From Selaginella moellendorffii (lineage: Eukaryota; Plantae; Lycopodiophyta), in the NCBI RefSeq assembly GCF_000143415.4, contig NW_003314281.1, positions 1,341,882 through 1,405,881 of the forward strand: a DNA stretch of 64,000 bases, given 5' to 3'. Both the position numbers and the translations under genes were made by a program. The first letter of the stretch is position 1. Each line of letters opens with the position of its first letter. Shown piece after piece: positions 1-12,789 of the stretch. Under the pieces are notes generated by a model. It was not told the DNA's origin, searched no databases, and was given only the letters and a program-made list of their open reading frames with translations.

Positions 1-60
1 TCACCCCAGATTGCCCCAGGTAGGTCCACTTTGGACAAGGAAGGCCATGCACAATGGTCT

Positions 61-602
61 GTGATGAATTGACCACTGGGAAGTCCAAGACTAGAGTGAA
101 TACAGACCGACAAGCGGGGTAGCTTGGTGAAGTGTTTAAGAGCCGACTCTAGTTCCCCCGGGAGATCGAATGGTCGATGCTCCCAGTCCAAGTGTGGGTG
201 GCACTACCTACTTGGATACCTGGTGTGGCTCAACGGAACCTCACTCTAAGCCCATGGCTAGAGCACCCAAAGGCGGAAGGCAGGGAGAGTACCCATGAGG
301 CCCGCGTAGGGCCACGGTGTTTCGAAATGTTGTCCCAAAGGCCCAGACTGTAGAAAGGAAGAGGAGTAGTCCTCTGGTGTAGTGACCTAGGATACAGTCG
401 AGTGGTGAGGAAGTCCCAGAGGACCGTGGGACTTAGTGGTCGGGCCTGTGGGCCTCGATTCAGTGGCAGTGTTGGTGAACACGGCCATGGGCAGAAAGGG
501 ACTTGGTGAAGACCGGAAAAGGGATATTAGGGAAGGCTATTCCCCATGTCTGTGGGCATCCTAAGGATGCTAAGGAGTGGATCTGGAATGATCACTCATG
601 GA
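61..602 (+). repeat. Inverted partial copy of the LTR segment at 3833-4372
   Basis: 61-602 is the reverse complement of ~3833-4372; e.g. ccactgggaagtccaagact pairs with agtcttggacttcccagtgg, and ctaaggatgctaaggagtggatctgga pairs with tccagatccactccttagcatccttag. Confidence 0.85.
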
Positions 603-3517
603 CAAATGCCAAGTCCGAAGGATGTTCACCCCTAGTATGTCTCTTTAGCATCTTCTGCTGTGGGCTCTATCCACGGCCCAACTTCGTGACCCTCCCATGG
701 GTCTTTTATAGAGACTACTTTCCTCAGATTCACTATGCCATCGCACGGACATAGCCTATTTCCCTTAGGTGCTCTTCCCACTTGGTCACCTTGACCAGAC
801 CACACCATCTTAAATAGTTCAAATCAACATTTTGAACCCGGAACTTCATTCCTTAGCCAACCAAGGACCTTGTCTTTATTTTGGCCATAAGATCACCTAG
901 TGATCGCACCTTGGCACCCTAACAGAGTTGCCAAAAGGTACTTGGTCTTCTAGACCTTCAAGTTGTTAACCATAACCCCGGGGGCATCCCCCACACTTGG
1001 CGGTGCACCCAAGCCAGCCATTATGGCCAAGGGTCCATAGCAATTGAGATTAGGTGTCCCCATCTCACTCACCACGTCCTTGGTGCCACTTGCACCAAAG
1101 CATTCAAGTTAGATATGCCGAGTTTTCACACTAAGCAATCTAACCGTGCATCACGGCTCCGAGGCATCTCTCGCTTGGCGGTGTGCCCAAACCAGTCTCC
1201 CCACTGAGAGTCCATGACCACCGAAATATGAGTGTCCTCATATTCCAAACCATCACCACGCCTTAGTGAGTTGGGACTCGAACCCAAGCACTAGAGGGCA
1301 TAAGCGTGAAAGTCCTCAATCATTGACTTTCGTTCAAAGCCCTCTCTTTGAACACTCGAGAACTACTTCCCCAACCTTGATAGCCTCGCCTCATAGCAAG
1401 CTTCAAGACCACTCTTCTGCTGCGCCATTCTGATTTTGTGCATTCCATGAACCATTTACACTTGGCTTTCTAGGTATCCAGCTACCTAGAATTGTCTTTG
1501 GGAACCTTTTGAAAGAACTCTGTCCCTTTAGCTTGCTAAGGCCTTTCCTTTCGCAAGCTTTCCAATTGCCATATAATATAATATAGACAATCCCATGTTT
1601 TTGACTCTCCATGGCATCTTAGTAACAATATGTTTGAGCGCCCACTTGATTCTCCACTCCCAACTTGCATAACCACCCTTGGTCATGCCTGTCAATTCCT
1701 ATGGTTCGGTTTTATCCCTTTACTACTTGCCTTTTGGCCTCATACATTTCCTTCAGTCATTCTCCTCCAGACTAGGAAGATGGCTTTGCACTTTCTACCA
1801 TGCTTTGGCAAGTATTCATACAGTTTAGGAGTGGCTCCTCAATCCGGGTTTGCTCACCTTGTAATCCCATACCCTAGGATTACCGTTGCTACTTATGGGC
1901 TTTTATATGCCCATCCCTAGCCTTGCCAAAATCCCCTTTTGGCTTTGTCCAATTCGGGTAGACGGACTTCTCCCGTCTCCGCAACCTTGGACATTTGGAT
2001 AGCACCTTTTATCCATCATTCGCTAGGGACTTTGTCCATTGGGCATTGTCCATTGCCCTCACGACACCAAACAACACCTTTTGGTGTTCTAGAGTGTTTG
2101 GGTGTCCTAATGATGGCCTCTCTGACAATGAGCATTCCCTTTTCGACATTGACTTACTATATCGCAACATAAACATTTTATCCCTCATAAGGGTATATCT
2201 AACTTCTTTATCCCAATAAGAAGTCTTAAGTAGTTGCCTTCTACCAGTTTAACGAATTATTTTGCACCTTTTTCTTAGTTGCCTCATAGTTGTCAAGTCC
2301 TACAACTCATTGCTGGTGCTTCCACACCTCCATCATTATCTGAGTCACCACACTCTAACCGCATGTCTTCTAGCTTAGGCTATGCCATTCCCATTTCCAT
2401 TGTGATTCCTTTGGACAGGGTTCTCATGAACCCGCCAACTTAACCTCAAGGCAGCACGCCTTGGAAACTTCGGTGTCTCCACACCATCGGCTCCACGAGT
2501 CTACCTTTATAACACTTCTTACTTGTGTCTAGGTCTTTTTGCCAAGACCAATATAGTTGTCTCTTATGTCAATTATCCATTAGCATTACACCATAGTGTT
2601 TGCACCCAACTCTGGGCCAAAGTTGCTTACTTTTGGGAACATCTTTCCCACAACTTTAGCATGGCACATTCTGCCATCAATGAGATACTTATTGTTCTCA
2701 TCCTTGGATCTCATGATCCTCCCCATACCTCATGGGGCACCATACACCTCAGTCCAAATGCTTCAACCAATCCCTTAGGGCCATTCCCTGACTCCACTTG
2801 AGTCATCCAGCATTTTAGACTTTGCTAATCTAACGACCTGCGAGATCTTAGTCTTTGAGGTGCCAACTCGCTGGAATACAACTTCTTGTATTCTGGTCTT
2901 GCTCACAAGGACCATCTTTGCAAGTGTTACTCCGACACTTGATTTGTTCTCTTGGGGCAACCTGTTGCCCTATAGGACCACTTGTCCATGTGATGAGAAT
3001 ACCAACTCATCCTCTGAGTACACCTCTAACTCCTTGGGTTGTTCCAGCATTTATTAGAGGTAGCCCCGGCTACCATTTCAAGGACTTGTATCCTCTTCCG
3101 TATTTGACCTCCCATGGTCATCAATTCTGGTCTCAAAGTTATAAGCACCAGCCTCAACTATATGAGGGTAATCTTGTGACTCCTATATTATTTTGGAGTC
3201 TACATTTTCCCCGTGATCCCAACTATAGTTATTTACCACAACTACATTAGCCTGTTTGCTACGTCAAACGCTCATCTGGATCACATCCTCAGCTCTCTGA
3301 GGAAACCCTTATACTGTTCCTAAGATCCCAAAGTCGTTCCATTATTAGCTCTTTTCTGTCCACCACATTGTGCCCAAGTTCTTGAGTGGAGAGCCATGTC
3401 CTCTCAACATGATACTCCTCAAGGACAGACCCACTCCTAGGACATTCCGATGCCAACATCAATAGTGATATACTTGAGCACCAATAAAAGTTGGACTAAG
3501 GAACAGTTCCGATACCA
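603..3517 (-). mobile_element. Decayed internal region of an LTR retrotransposon
   Basis: Lies downstream of the minus-strand PBS at 3506-3517; only short broken ORFs; no intact domain recognised. Confidence 0.55.
3506..3517 (-). promoter_or_regulatory. Primer-binding site (tRNA-iMet type)
   Basis: Minus strand reads ...CTTACA-act-TGGTATCGGAAC, 2 mismatches from the canonical TGGTATCAGAGC, 3 nt after the LTR-terminal CA. Confidence 0.75.
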
Positions 3518-3520
3518 AGT

Positions 3521-5377
3521 TGTAAGTGACTAATTTTTCCATTCTACTTTAGTCACTTAACCACACCTCCGACCACTTGGAGGAGTTTTACTCACAACCT
3601 CTATAAGTCCTATCTTCGACTTGGGCTTGCTAGCCTCGGGAATGGCATCTCCGCCACTCAACCTTTACACTTGGTCCAAGTGCTCCACATGTCCAATCCC
3701 ATGACCGACACCCCAAGATACCATTGACATATCAGCCCGTTACGCTAAGGCCATGCCCATTCACCTTGGTCACACTGGTGGTTTGACACCACCTATACCA
3801 CAGTCCCGTCTCTCAAAAACTAAACCATCCTTCCATGAGTGATCATCCAGATCCACTCCTTAGCATCCTTAGGATACCCATAGACATGGGGAATGGCCTT
3901 CCCCAATATCCCTTTTCTGGTCCCCACCAAGTCCCCTTTCTACCCATGGCCGTGTTCGCCAACACTGCCACTGGATCAAGGCCCACATGCCCAACCACTA
4001 AATCCCACGGTCCTCTGGGACTTCCTCACCACACGACTGTATCCTTGGTCACTACACCAGAGGACTACTCCTCTTCCTTTCCACAGTCTAGGACTTCGGG
4101 ACAACATTTCGGAACACCGTGGCCTTACGCAAGCCTCGTGGGTACTCTCCTCGCCTTCCACCTTTGGGTGCTCTAGCCATGGGCTTAGAGCGAGGTTCCG
4201 TTGAGCCACGCCTGGTATCCAAGTAAGTAGTGCCACCCACACTTGGACTAGGAGCATCGGCCAGTCAATCTCCCGGGGGAATTAAAGCTGGCTCTTGAAC
4301 ACTTCACCAAGCTACCCTGCTTGTCAGTCTGTGTTCACTTTAGTCTTGGACTTCCCAGTGGGCAGCTCATCACCCAACACTGGGTACAGCCTTCTTGGGC
4401 CAAACTGTCCTTTTCTGGCCAAACTGGCTCCACTACAGTCCTCCCCCTTACTATACTTTTGGAGCTCACCAAACCCCCCAGGGTCTGGGAGACAAACGCT
4501 TTGGGCTTTCACCCTCTCAGACTTGAACTTAGACTCGAGCTCGGGCTCGGACTCAAACTTGAACTCGGACTCGGACTCGGACTCGGGCTCGGGCTTGGGC
4601 TCGGTCTCCGCTCGGCCTCGGTCTCGGTCTCCGCCTCGGCCTCGGTCTCGGTCTTGGTCCTGATCTCGGTCTCAGTCTCGGTCCCGGTCTCAGTCTTGAC
4701 TTCGGACTCCATCTTGGGTCCATCTCAGACTCCATCTCAGGTCCATCTCGGACTCCATCTCGGGTCCATCTCGGACTTCATCTTGGACTCCATCTTGGGT
4801 CCATCTCGATGTCCATCTCGGACTCCATCTCGGGTCCATCTCGGACTCCATCTCGAATCCATCTCGGACTCCATCTCGGGTCCATCTCGGACTCCATCTC
4901 AGGTCCATCTTGGACTCCATCTCAGGTCCATCTCGGACTCCATCTCGGGTCCATCTCGAACTCCATCTCGGACTCCATCTCGGGTCCATCTCGGACTCCA
5001 TCTCGGGTCCATTTCAGGTCCATCTCGGACTCCATCTCGGGTCCGTCTCAGACTCAATTTCAGATCCATCTCGGGTCCACCTCGGACTCCACCTCAGACT
5101 CCACTTTGGACTCCAACTTGGGTCCATCTCGGGTCCATCTCGGACACTTCCACATGTCATGTGTTGGTCCTTTTGGGTCCTTTTTTGGAGCCTCACTTAT
5201 TGCTCGCTTCGTGCTCATTCCTCAAGCACTTCGTTGGGAGTTCCACTCCCTCTCTCGACCTTTTCAAGTCGGAGCTTTTAATCCAAACGTGTTACGCTCG
5301 TTTGGCTTTCGCTTCGACCACTACCACGTGGCACCCTTTCGGCTTCACTTTGTGGCCTAGGGATTTTGTGTCTCACA
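3521..5377 (-). mobile_element. Putative 5' LTR (~1.86 kb) of a minus-strand LTR retrotransposon
   Basis: Bounded by TGTAAG (3521) and CTCACA (5377), i.e. TG...CA with a 5/6 terminal inverted repeat; adjacent to the PBS; contains a minisatellite. Confidence 0.6.
4535..5145. repeat. Compound tandem array: CTCGGN hexamers grading into a 12-bp TCCATCTCGG(AC/GT) minisatellite
   Basis: Directly visible; explains the repetitive spurious ORFs in all frames. Confidence 0.95.
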
Positions 5378-5439
5378 TGCTCGTCAACTTAATTATGTGT
5401 GGAACAAGATAAAGCTCGAGGATACTCATGAATCAGCTT

Positions 5440-5770
5440 TAATGCTAGCGGGCGTATTCTGTAGCGGTCTAGTGCAGATTTTATTGGATAGTGGGAGCGA
5501 TAACAACTTTGTTTTAGCAAAGTTTGTTACGGAGCATGGCCTGGTCATACGAGGAGTTCTTCTATATATGGTGGAAGGTGCAACTACCTTTACTTAGCAT
5601 TTCAATGCTTATATGGAGGGGCTAGAAGTGTTGGTTGGCAAAACCACACTTGTGGAGACTTTTTCTCTCGCGGATATCTATCATGTGGATCTCATTCTTG
5701 GGATGCTATAGTTGGTAAAGGTGGATCCAAAGATAAAGTGGAGTATTAAATGTGTTTCGCTAGAGTATGG
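5440..5770 (+). mobile_element. Ty3/gypsy aspartic protease pseudogene fragment
   Basis: ILLDSGSDNNFV catalytic motif followed by DLILGM..KVDPKIKW, with stops. Confidence 0.8.
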
Positions 5771-6425
5771 TGGCGTTAAAGATGTGTGGTTTGGATAGGG
5801 AGTTTAACCTACAGTTGTTATACTCTCCACTACATCTTTGAAGGGGGCTTAAGTGGTGATATAAAGGACTTTCTTGGACTCTCAAATGCCTCTATAGAGA
5901 AAGTACTACACTAATGACAAACTTTACAAGTTGGAAAAGATGGTGTCTAAAAAAGAACTTAAACCTAATAATGTTGGAGAAGAGTGTCTAGAGATTGTTT
6001 GAAGGCTAGAGACAAATAATTCTCACTGATAGGTTGAAGCTATTCTATATCTATCATATCAAATTAATTTTATGAGAAATCAAAGAAAACAACTTGAGAT
6101 ACAATTTATAAAAGTTCAAATACAAAGGGAAAGGGCTTATGAATAATCAGTTAAAGGTCTTAAGATACTTAAGGTTAAGTGTTTTTGGGTTTGAATAGTA
6201 CTGGGTTGGGTGATTTTTTAAGAAGTTCAAATTCATAAACTTATATTTGATATCAAAAGGGTTTCAGGTTCTACTCTATTGGTTAATTAAGAGAATCATA
6301 TTACATGTTGAGATTGACATTTAGCAAATTTAGTTTATTGGTTGGCTAAAAGAATCACACCATATTAAAATTAATAATAATTCATAGGGGTTCAAATATA
6401 GAAGGAAATGGCCTATGAACAAAAA

Positions 6426-6525
6426 NNNNNNNNNNNNNNNNNNNNNNNNNNNNNNNNNNNNNNNNNNNNNNNNNNNNNNNNNNNNNNNNNNNNNNNNNNN
6501 NNNNNNNNNNNNNNNNNNNNNNNNN
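6426..6525. other. Assembly gap (100 N)
   Basis: Run of N. Confidence 1.
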
Positions 6526-7299
6526 CCCATTTTCTAATCAGTTAAGGGTTTTGGGATACTTAAAGTCTTTCGATTTGAATAATATTGGGTTGGGTGATTT
6601 CTTAGGAAGTCCAAACTTACAGTTTTCATGGGAGAGATTTCATGGTTGCAGGAAATTTATATTAGAGTGGAAAATGATCTCAAGTTTTGTATATACATAA
6701 TAAATTTTTCTTTTTTCCTCTTTTTTTTCCATCTCTATTATACAAGTATAGGTGGTGATACTCATCCAAAACAATGATGTGCTGAAGAGATGTAAGTTGG
6801 GGGCAATTGAGACTATATGAGAGGCATCTATAGACTTTCCCTATATGGGAGAAAAAGCATTGACCCTAGCAATTGCTAAAAGCATCATGTCCTTTGTTGT
6901 AGAGGTAGAATTCAAGGGTGGAGGTAGAACCTCAAGAGTGCCATCTGATAAAGTTGTGAGTGGTGGAAACTTATTGAATGTTGAAATTTGAACTATGATG
7001 AACTGTGTATAAGATGTACATTTATCGGCATCTCTTTAGTAGAAATCAACTCTTTCACCACTACCTTGGTTGTAAAGACATTCTCCTCCACCTCTGGCTC
7101 CTCAAAAAGCACTATAGAATTTGAAAATTCCAAAATCTCCTCAAAAAGTGTGATTTAAAAGATTGGCAACTACAGGAATTAACAAGTCTACATGTTTTGT
7201 GACCATCTCCTCAAACAAAGTACCTCTAAAAGAACTTAAACCTGTTAGAAACTCCACCATCTAAACTGGTGATTAGAACATAATCTTCAAACTAAAATC

Positions 7300-8300
7300 T
7301 GTGGTCAAGTGCCAATATAAGAAAAACTTGTGTCTTATGACCACTTAGTTGCTCTACTTCCTATGGCACAACTACCAAAAGCTCCTCACAACCTATAGAT
7401 GCTATTGTTTATGTTTCCTCACCTTTGGGATTGGAAACCTCATCACTACAAGTTTGCCTAAGTTAAAAAAATTGAAGTTCTTAAGCATTTGTGGCTCCAC
7501 CAAAAGCTAGGCATGCTCTATGACTTATAGGCCTATCACTAAAGAGTCCTCTTTGCCCAGCTCCACCCCACAAAACCTTGCACAAAAGCTAGGGAAATGT
7601 TGTTGTGTTCAAGGGACTCCAACTCTACTCCCTTGATGCTTGAGCTCCAATTGCTTCTATCTGCATCATGTAGAACTTCTCCACAAGTTGGAACTTCTAT
7701 CTTTATTGAAATCAAGCCATCTCTTTACATAAGGCAATTGCTTCCTCCAAAGCATAGGGTATTTTCTTCTCCATTGAAATCATATATGTGACTTGATTTG
7801 GAGTTTGAGTATAAAACTACCTTTTTGCCTTCATGATCTCCTCTCCTTGCTGTAGTTGCTAATAAAGCTCCACAGCAGCCACAAATGCCTCTCAGCTGAT
7901 GATTTACCTTTGCAAACACTCCTTTCAGTGAGTTTTAAAGCACATAATATAATCATAAACTAATTCCTCACCACCTTGCTGGAATAAAAATAAGCCAAAA
8001 AGAAGTTGATGAGTGGGCTTTTTTTCCTCAAACCAATCTTTGAATGATTGCACTAGTGTTTGGAATTCAGTTATATCCTCTGGAAGGAGAGACCCTAGCC
8101 AAAGCTCTACCAATTCACCCATCAATAACCATAGGAACTCTTGCCACTTCCTGAAATCTTCAATGATCAAGTTTGAAATTCAATAATCCTCACTATTCAC
8201 CAAATATTGGTGCATAAAAACCTCTCCACATACTAGGAACTCTAGAAGCACAAGTTCATACCTCACAATATGAACTTAAAGTATTGAAGTCACATGCCAT
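7300..8300 (-). mobile_element. Degenerate retrotransposon gag remnant
   Basis: FQQGGEELVYDYIMCF resembles the Retrotrans_gag QGxExVxDYxxRF motif; many stops. Confidence 0.5.
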
Positions 8301-8814
8301 AAATCTCTTTCTCAGGCATTTGTTTGAACTATAAAAGACATTACCTTTGAGGTCATTGTATCCTTTTCACATCAATTTTTAAAGAACAATATCAATGTCA
8401 TACATTCTAGGGTTGAAGGGCATTTTCTCAAAAAACAATAAAAATTCACAAATTTTTAAGATTGACTAAGACATAAGAAAAACATATGAGTTTCATAAAC
8501 CACCCATTTAGGCACCCTATCCTATGGCTTACTTATCTAAGTCATATGATTATTTTTTATTGTCTTTTGTCTTTTATTTCCATTAGTCAAGGCCATTTGG
8601 TTTATGCCATTGTTTACAAGCATATGGAACTTTGATCATATTTCTTCACTCTGAGAAAATTAAAGGTATTTTATCAGCTTCTTAGTAGCTTCTGAAAGCT
8701 ACTGGCTTAAATATGAGTAATAGAATCTAAGCATAGAAGTTACTGTAAGTAAACTCTTTAGTGTGATAGAACAAATAGCCAACCTGGAGTATGGAAGAAG
8801 GGAAAATTGAATTT

Positions 8815-9250
8815 ATTTAATAAATATGTATAAGGTATTAAAAATAAAAAAGAAATTGGGTAGATTAAGTATATGTATTTATTATAATTAATTATATATT
8901 AACTAAAATTCTAGCTTATTATTATTATATTATCCTTTTATATCTTATTAAGAAGCATAGTTACTGATGGTAAGTGATAAATTCTAATTGGTACAAATAT
9001 ATGTTTGTAAAATAAATTTTTATTAATTAGTAATATTCATAAATTATTATAGAGATTTAATGGTTGAATTTAATTGGAATAACTAATCACACGAAACTAT
9101 ATATGAAAATATACTATATCTGTTGGTGAACTAAAAAATTATATAATGTAAGTTTTAAAACAAAAATTAAAGATATTTATAAAAATTGTAATAATGTGGT
9201 TGTCAATATATGGTTAGTTACAAACAGTTTATGGTATTGCTATCCAAAAA
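8815..9250 (+). repeat. Left arm of a long diverged AT-rich inverted repeat
   Basis: Colinear matches to the reverse complement of 11765-12320, e.g. gatttaatggttgaatttaattggaataactaatcacac, attaactaaaattct, gaagcatag, gctatccaaa. Confidence 0.75.
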
Positions 9251-9379
9251 CTTTGTTACAAATAATAGTATTTAATCCCTTTAAAGTTTGGCATTATTTT
9301 TACCCGATTTAATTATAATTGTTTTATAATATGACATTATTAAAAAATTTAGGTCTAAGCAAATGAAAAAATAAACTAA

Positions 9380-10269
9380 GAATGGAAGCTCGAAAAACTG
9401 GCCACAATCTGCTGGAGTGGTGGGAAATCTCTTGCTATCGCTGCAGTAGTCATATATCATGTAGTTGTCCTCCCACTCGAGCTTGCTTTTGGTTTCCTCG
9501 TTGATGCTCTGGAATACCTCTTGCTCCCACCAGGGGAGCGCTGCACGACTCCACACCCCCCGCGCAAGCATCCACACTGAATCCCTTGTACACCGCCATG
9601 AATGGAGCGTGGTCCCAGTTGATCTGTAGCCCAGTCGTCTCCGTTCCACAGGCTCGAGTAGATCCCCATTGGCTGGATCTTTGGGAATGGGATCCCCATG
9701 GCTACGTTGTTCTCGTGGACACGCAGAGGGAACGTAGAACCTGAGGCACCAAAACCACAGTTTGAGCAATGACCGAAGAGTGTTCGCAAAAAACTTACAT
9801 GATCTGCTGCTTGTTCCAGAGGACGGAGTAGCTGTGGAAGTCCTGAGTGTGGTCGAACAAGAGGTAGGTTTGCTGCTCCCGGTTTCCAACTCCATTGGCG
9901 AAAACGTTAGTCTAGACGATGTATGGAAACGTTCCCCAAGAACTCAAAGTCAATCTCATCGTGCTTGTCGGTCTCCAAGGACATGTAGAATGCCGTCACA
10001 GTTCCAGCAGAGTCATTAGGAACCAGCTTGATCTTCATGCTGATACGACCGAACAAGTATTTGCTGCGGGACCCAAATCCAGCACCTATCATGCAACAGG
10101 ACTTGATCAGTGAAACAGAAGGTTGAGTCTTGGATTGTTACCTGAAGCCTTGTCGAGAACAAGCTGCTAGTTCTTAGAGAAAGACACATCGGACTTTGGT
10201 GGGAGACGAGCAGAGAATGCAAGCTCGGCCAACAAACAACAGCAATGCAATGACTTTGAGAGCACCCAT
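9380..10269 (-). pseudogene. XTH: Xyloglucan endotransglucosylase/hydrolase (GH16) pseudogene
   Basis: DEIDFEFLG catalytic motif, [28 protein letters not shown]; frameshifting deletions after LGNVS and after DWAT, and a TAG at the expected Gln of QTN. Confidence 0.9.
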
Positions 10270-10328
10270 TGCTCGATCGAAAGTCCTGGCAAGAACAGAA
10301 GACTTGTAACCAATCAGGGCCGAGTGTC

Positions 10329-10950
10329 AAGACGATTTAGTGAAGCAACTCAGCCTTGTTGTCAGAGCCGTTGCATTCTTCGCACCAACGAGTGCATTAT
10401 TCTTCGCGAGCTGGATATCTGTCAATTGTAGCAAAGAAAAACTACCAAAGGAGGACTACCAAACAAAAGGATACTTGCAGCCAATGACTCGGCTCCAGTG
10501 AGCTCGTTGACGCGCTTGAGCAAGAATGGCGTCACAGCAATACCTCTGCTCCTATAAGAAAAAAACACGTAGGAATAGCAAGAGAGGTCACTGAGACGTA
10601 CTCTGCTTCATGCAATGCCGATTGTATGGTCGATTCCACGTTCTTAGCTGCTGCTGCATGCTCTGCGGGTATTGGAACCCCGATCAAAATGACTGAACCC
10701 AATCCAAACTTCGTGTTTGCCTCTGCAGTGTCAAGTTAGAATCGAAAACCAGGATGGCTAGACCTTACCTATGATGTCTGCGGATTCCTCCACACTGTCT
10801 GCTCGGCAAGGTGCTTTGCAGCCACTGTTAGGAGTAAAAAATGCTGGAAATTCATCAGTTGAGTAGCTAACCAGGTATTCAAGTGTTCGTGGAATGTCAA
10901 GGATTGATTTGACCCCTGCACAAACCACCGCAACTGGAGTTTTACCGAAA
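10329..10950 (-). pseudogene. 3' fragment of pseudouridine-5'-phosphate glycosidase (PsuG/IndA family)
   Basis: TPVAVVCAGVKSILDIPRTLEYL, DEFPAFFT, GVPIPAEHA, VTPFLLKRVNELTG, KNNALVGA over several exons; 5' half absent. Confidence 0.85.
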
Positions 10951-10953
10951 CTG

Positions 10954-11102
10954 GATTTCTTCGACGATCTCTCGGCCCGAGCGCACAGCCGCGGGGAGCG
11001 AATGTAGCGCAAATGGAAGGGTGAATCCAATTTTGACGAAGAAGGTTGTCCCTGAAAGAAGAAAGAAGCATTAAACATCTAATGTGGACACGCGGCCATG
11101 GC
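10954..11102. repeat. Rearranged copy of the GatB 3' end / CAS 5' end junction
   Basis: 10954-11010 is an inverted copy of 21201-21266; 11010-11088 is a direct copy of 20959-21054 with a deletion; 11091-11102 matches 21123-21134. Confidence 0.85.
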
Positions 11103-11764
11103 GAGTGAGCCCCAGTATTCTGCCTGTTGCAACGTTGGGTCTTCTCGGGTTTGTAAATGCTTATAACTTTGGATAGCTGACTATCTCTTGTCGTCCAAAT
11201 CTGCACTGTGAGCTCTCTCAAGACTAGCCAGCACCCCAGCCCAGCACTTCCTTGAGCAAAGATTTCTTCGACAGCGTAGCCGATGACCAAAGACGAGCGA
11301 TGGATGGGACGACATGGAAGACGTGTTACCACGTGGCTGCATCTTAGATGAGAGAAAACTGCTAGGAAGTACAGGCTTCGTCAAGATGTTTACAGTCATC
11401 TCTTGTGTAAGATAGTAAATCAAATAGAAAGTAGTGAAGAGCAAAAATAATGGTAAAAAGAAGGATAAAAATTCTTTATAATTAATTTATTTTGATTATT
11501 ATTTGTTCTAAAATTTATTGATAATTATTTATTTGTTCTATTAGAGTGTTTATCAAGATATATGTCTAAGAATTTTTGTAAGTATTTTTTATGTAAAATG
11601 TAAGATTAATAAATTAATTTTTTAATATGACAAAATAAAACATAAAAATCTTTTTCTGAGCTTTTTAGGGTTCTTTAATACATTATTTTAAAATAATTAT
11701 TAATATTCTAATTTATTTTAAAATTGTAATATTAATATCACACAAAAATAATGACTACTACAAC

Positions 11765-12091
11765 TACTTTGGATAGCCACATTAAAATTGTGTGCAGACA
11801 ATTATATACTGAAAAACACACCATTATCATTTTTGACCATTTTATAGTTTGTTTTAAAACATACATTATGTGATCTATTTAATTCATAGATATATTATTT
11901 TGTATTTGTAATTCAAATAGCTATCCACTATATATTTATATAGAGTTTTGTGTGATTAATTATTTCAATTAAATTTCAACTATTAAATCCACACATTAAA
12001 TACTCATTATCTTTTATATGTAGAATATTTTTATCCATTTAATTTATATTTATAATAAACTAATGAATATCATTAATTTAAAAAACTATTT

Positions 12092-12139
<48 letters not shown>

Positions 12140-12320
12140 CAAAAACTAGCCCCATACTATTTTAGTTATCTTCATACATAACTAAGCATTCATCATTACC
12201 TATGCTTCAGAAAGAATTTTAGTTAATACAAAAATAGTTGTAATAAGTACATGTGATTAAATCTAATCTACCAGATTTTTAAAAAAAATTATTATTCTAA
12301 TTACCTTGCCTTTATTTTTT
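11765..12320 (-). repeat. Right arm of the long AT-rich inverted repeat
   Basis: Reverse complement similarity to 8815-9250; interrupted by an (AT)n tract. Confidence 0.75.
12095..12136. repeat. (AT)n microsatellite
   Basis: About 21 AT units visible. Confidence 0.95.
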
Positions 12321-12789
12321 AGTTCTACACCTAAATGATCTAACTAATAGCTTTTACGCGCATAGAGTGAAGAGGTATGACTTCATCCCTGACCCCGTCA
12401 CGGTCATCATGACTGCACGGTGTCGGTCTGCCACGTTCCCCATCCGATTGGCCCACACCCTGCGCTCCATATGCTCATAAGCATTGACACAAACCAAATG
12501 GCAATGACAAATAGAATAAAAAATTAAAACACAAGAAAAGGACTTGTTATGTGACTTCATAGGGTGCCCCAATGGGTGATTTAAGAAATCGACATTGTTT
12601 TTTATTTTATCAATGGATATTAGTTTCAAAATCCAATATAGCTATGGCAAGAGCTATGCTTTTGTAAAGATTTTTATTTGTAAATTGCCAGTGTGCCTCT
12701 GTGTGAGAACTTACGAGTGAATCAAGAACTTACCCACTTTCCAGCTCGTTGGAGAGCTCACTATCTGCAACTCGAGATGGAAAGATTTA

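Noticed and set aside
4701-5145. Possible CRISPR-like array
   Set aside because: Contiguous tandem units without unique spacers; eukaryotic context; no cas genes
4321-5412. 363-aa ORF and overlapping repetitive ORFs
   Set aside because: By-products of stop-free 6/12-bp tandem repeats; no domain content
6143-6620. Diverged ~100-bp direct repeat on both sides of the N gap
   Set aside because: Adjacent to an assembly gap in decayed TE sequence; structure cannot be trusted
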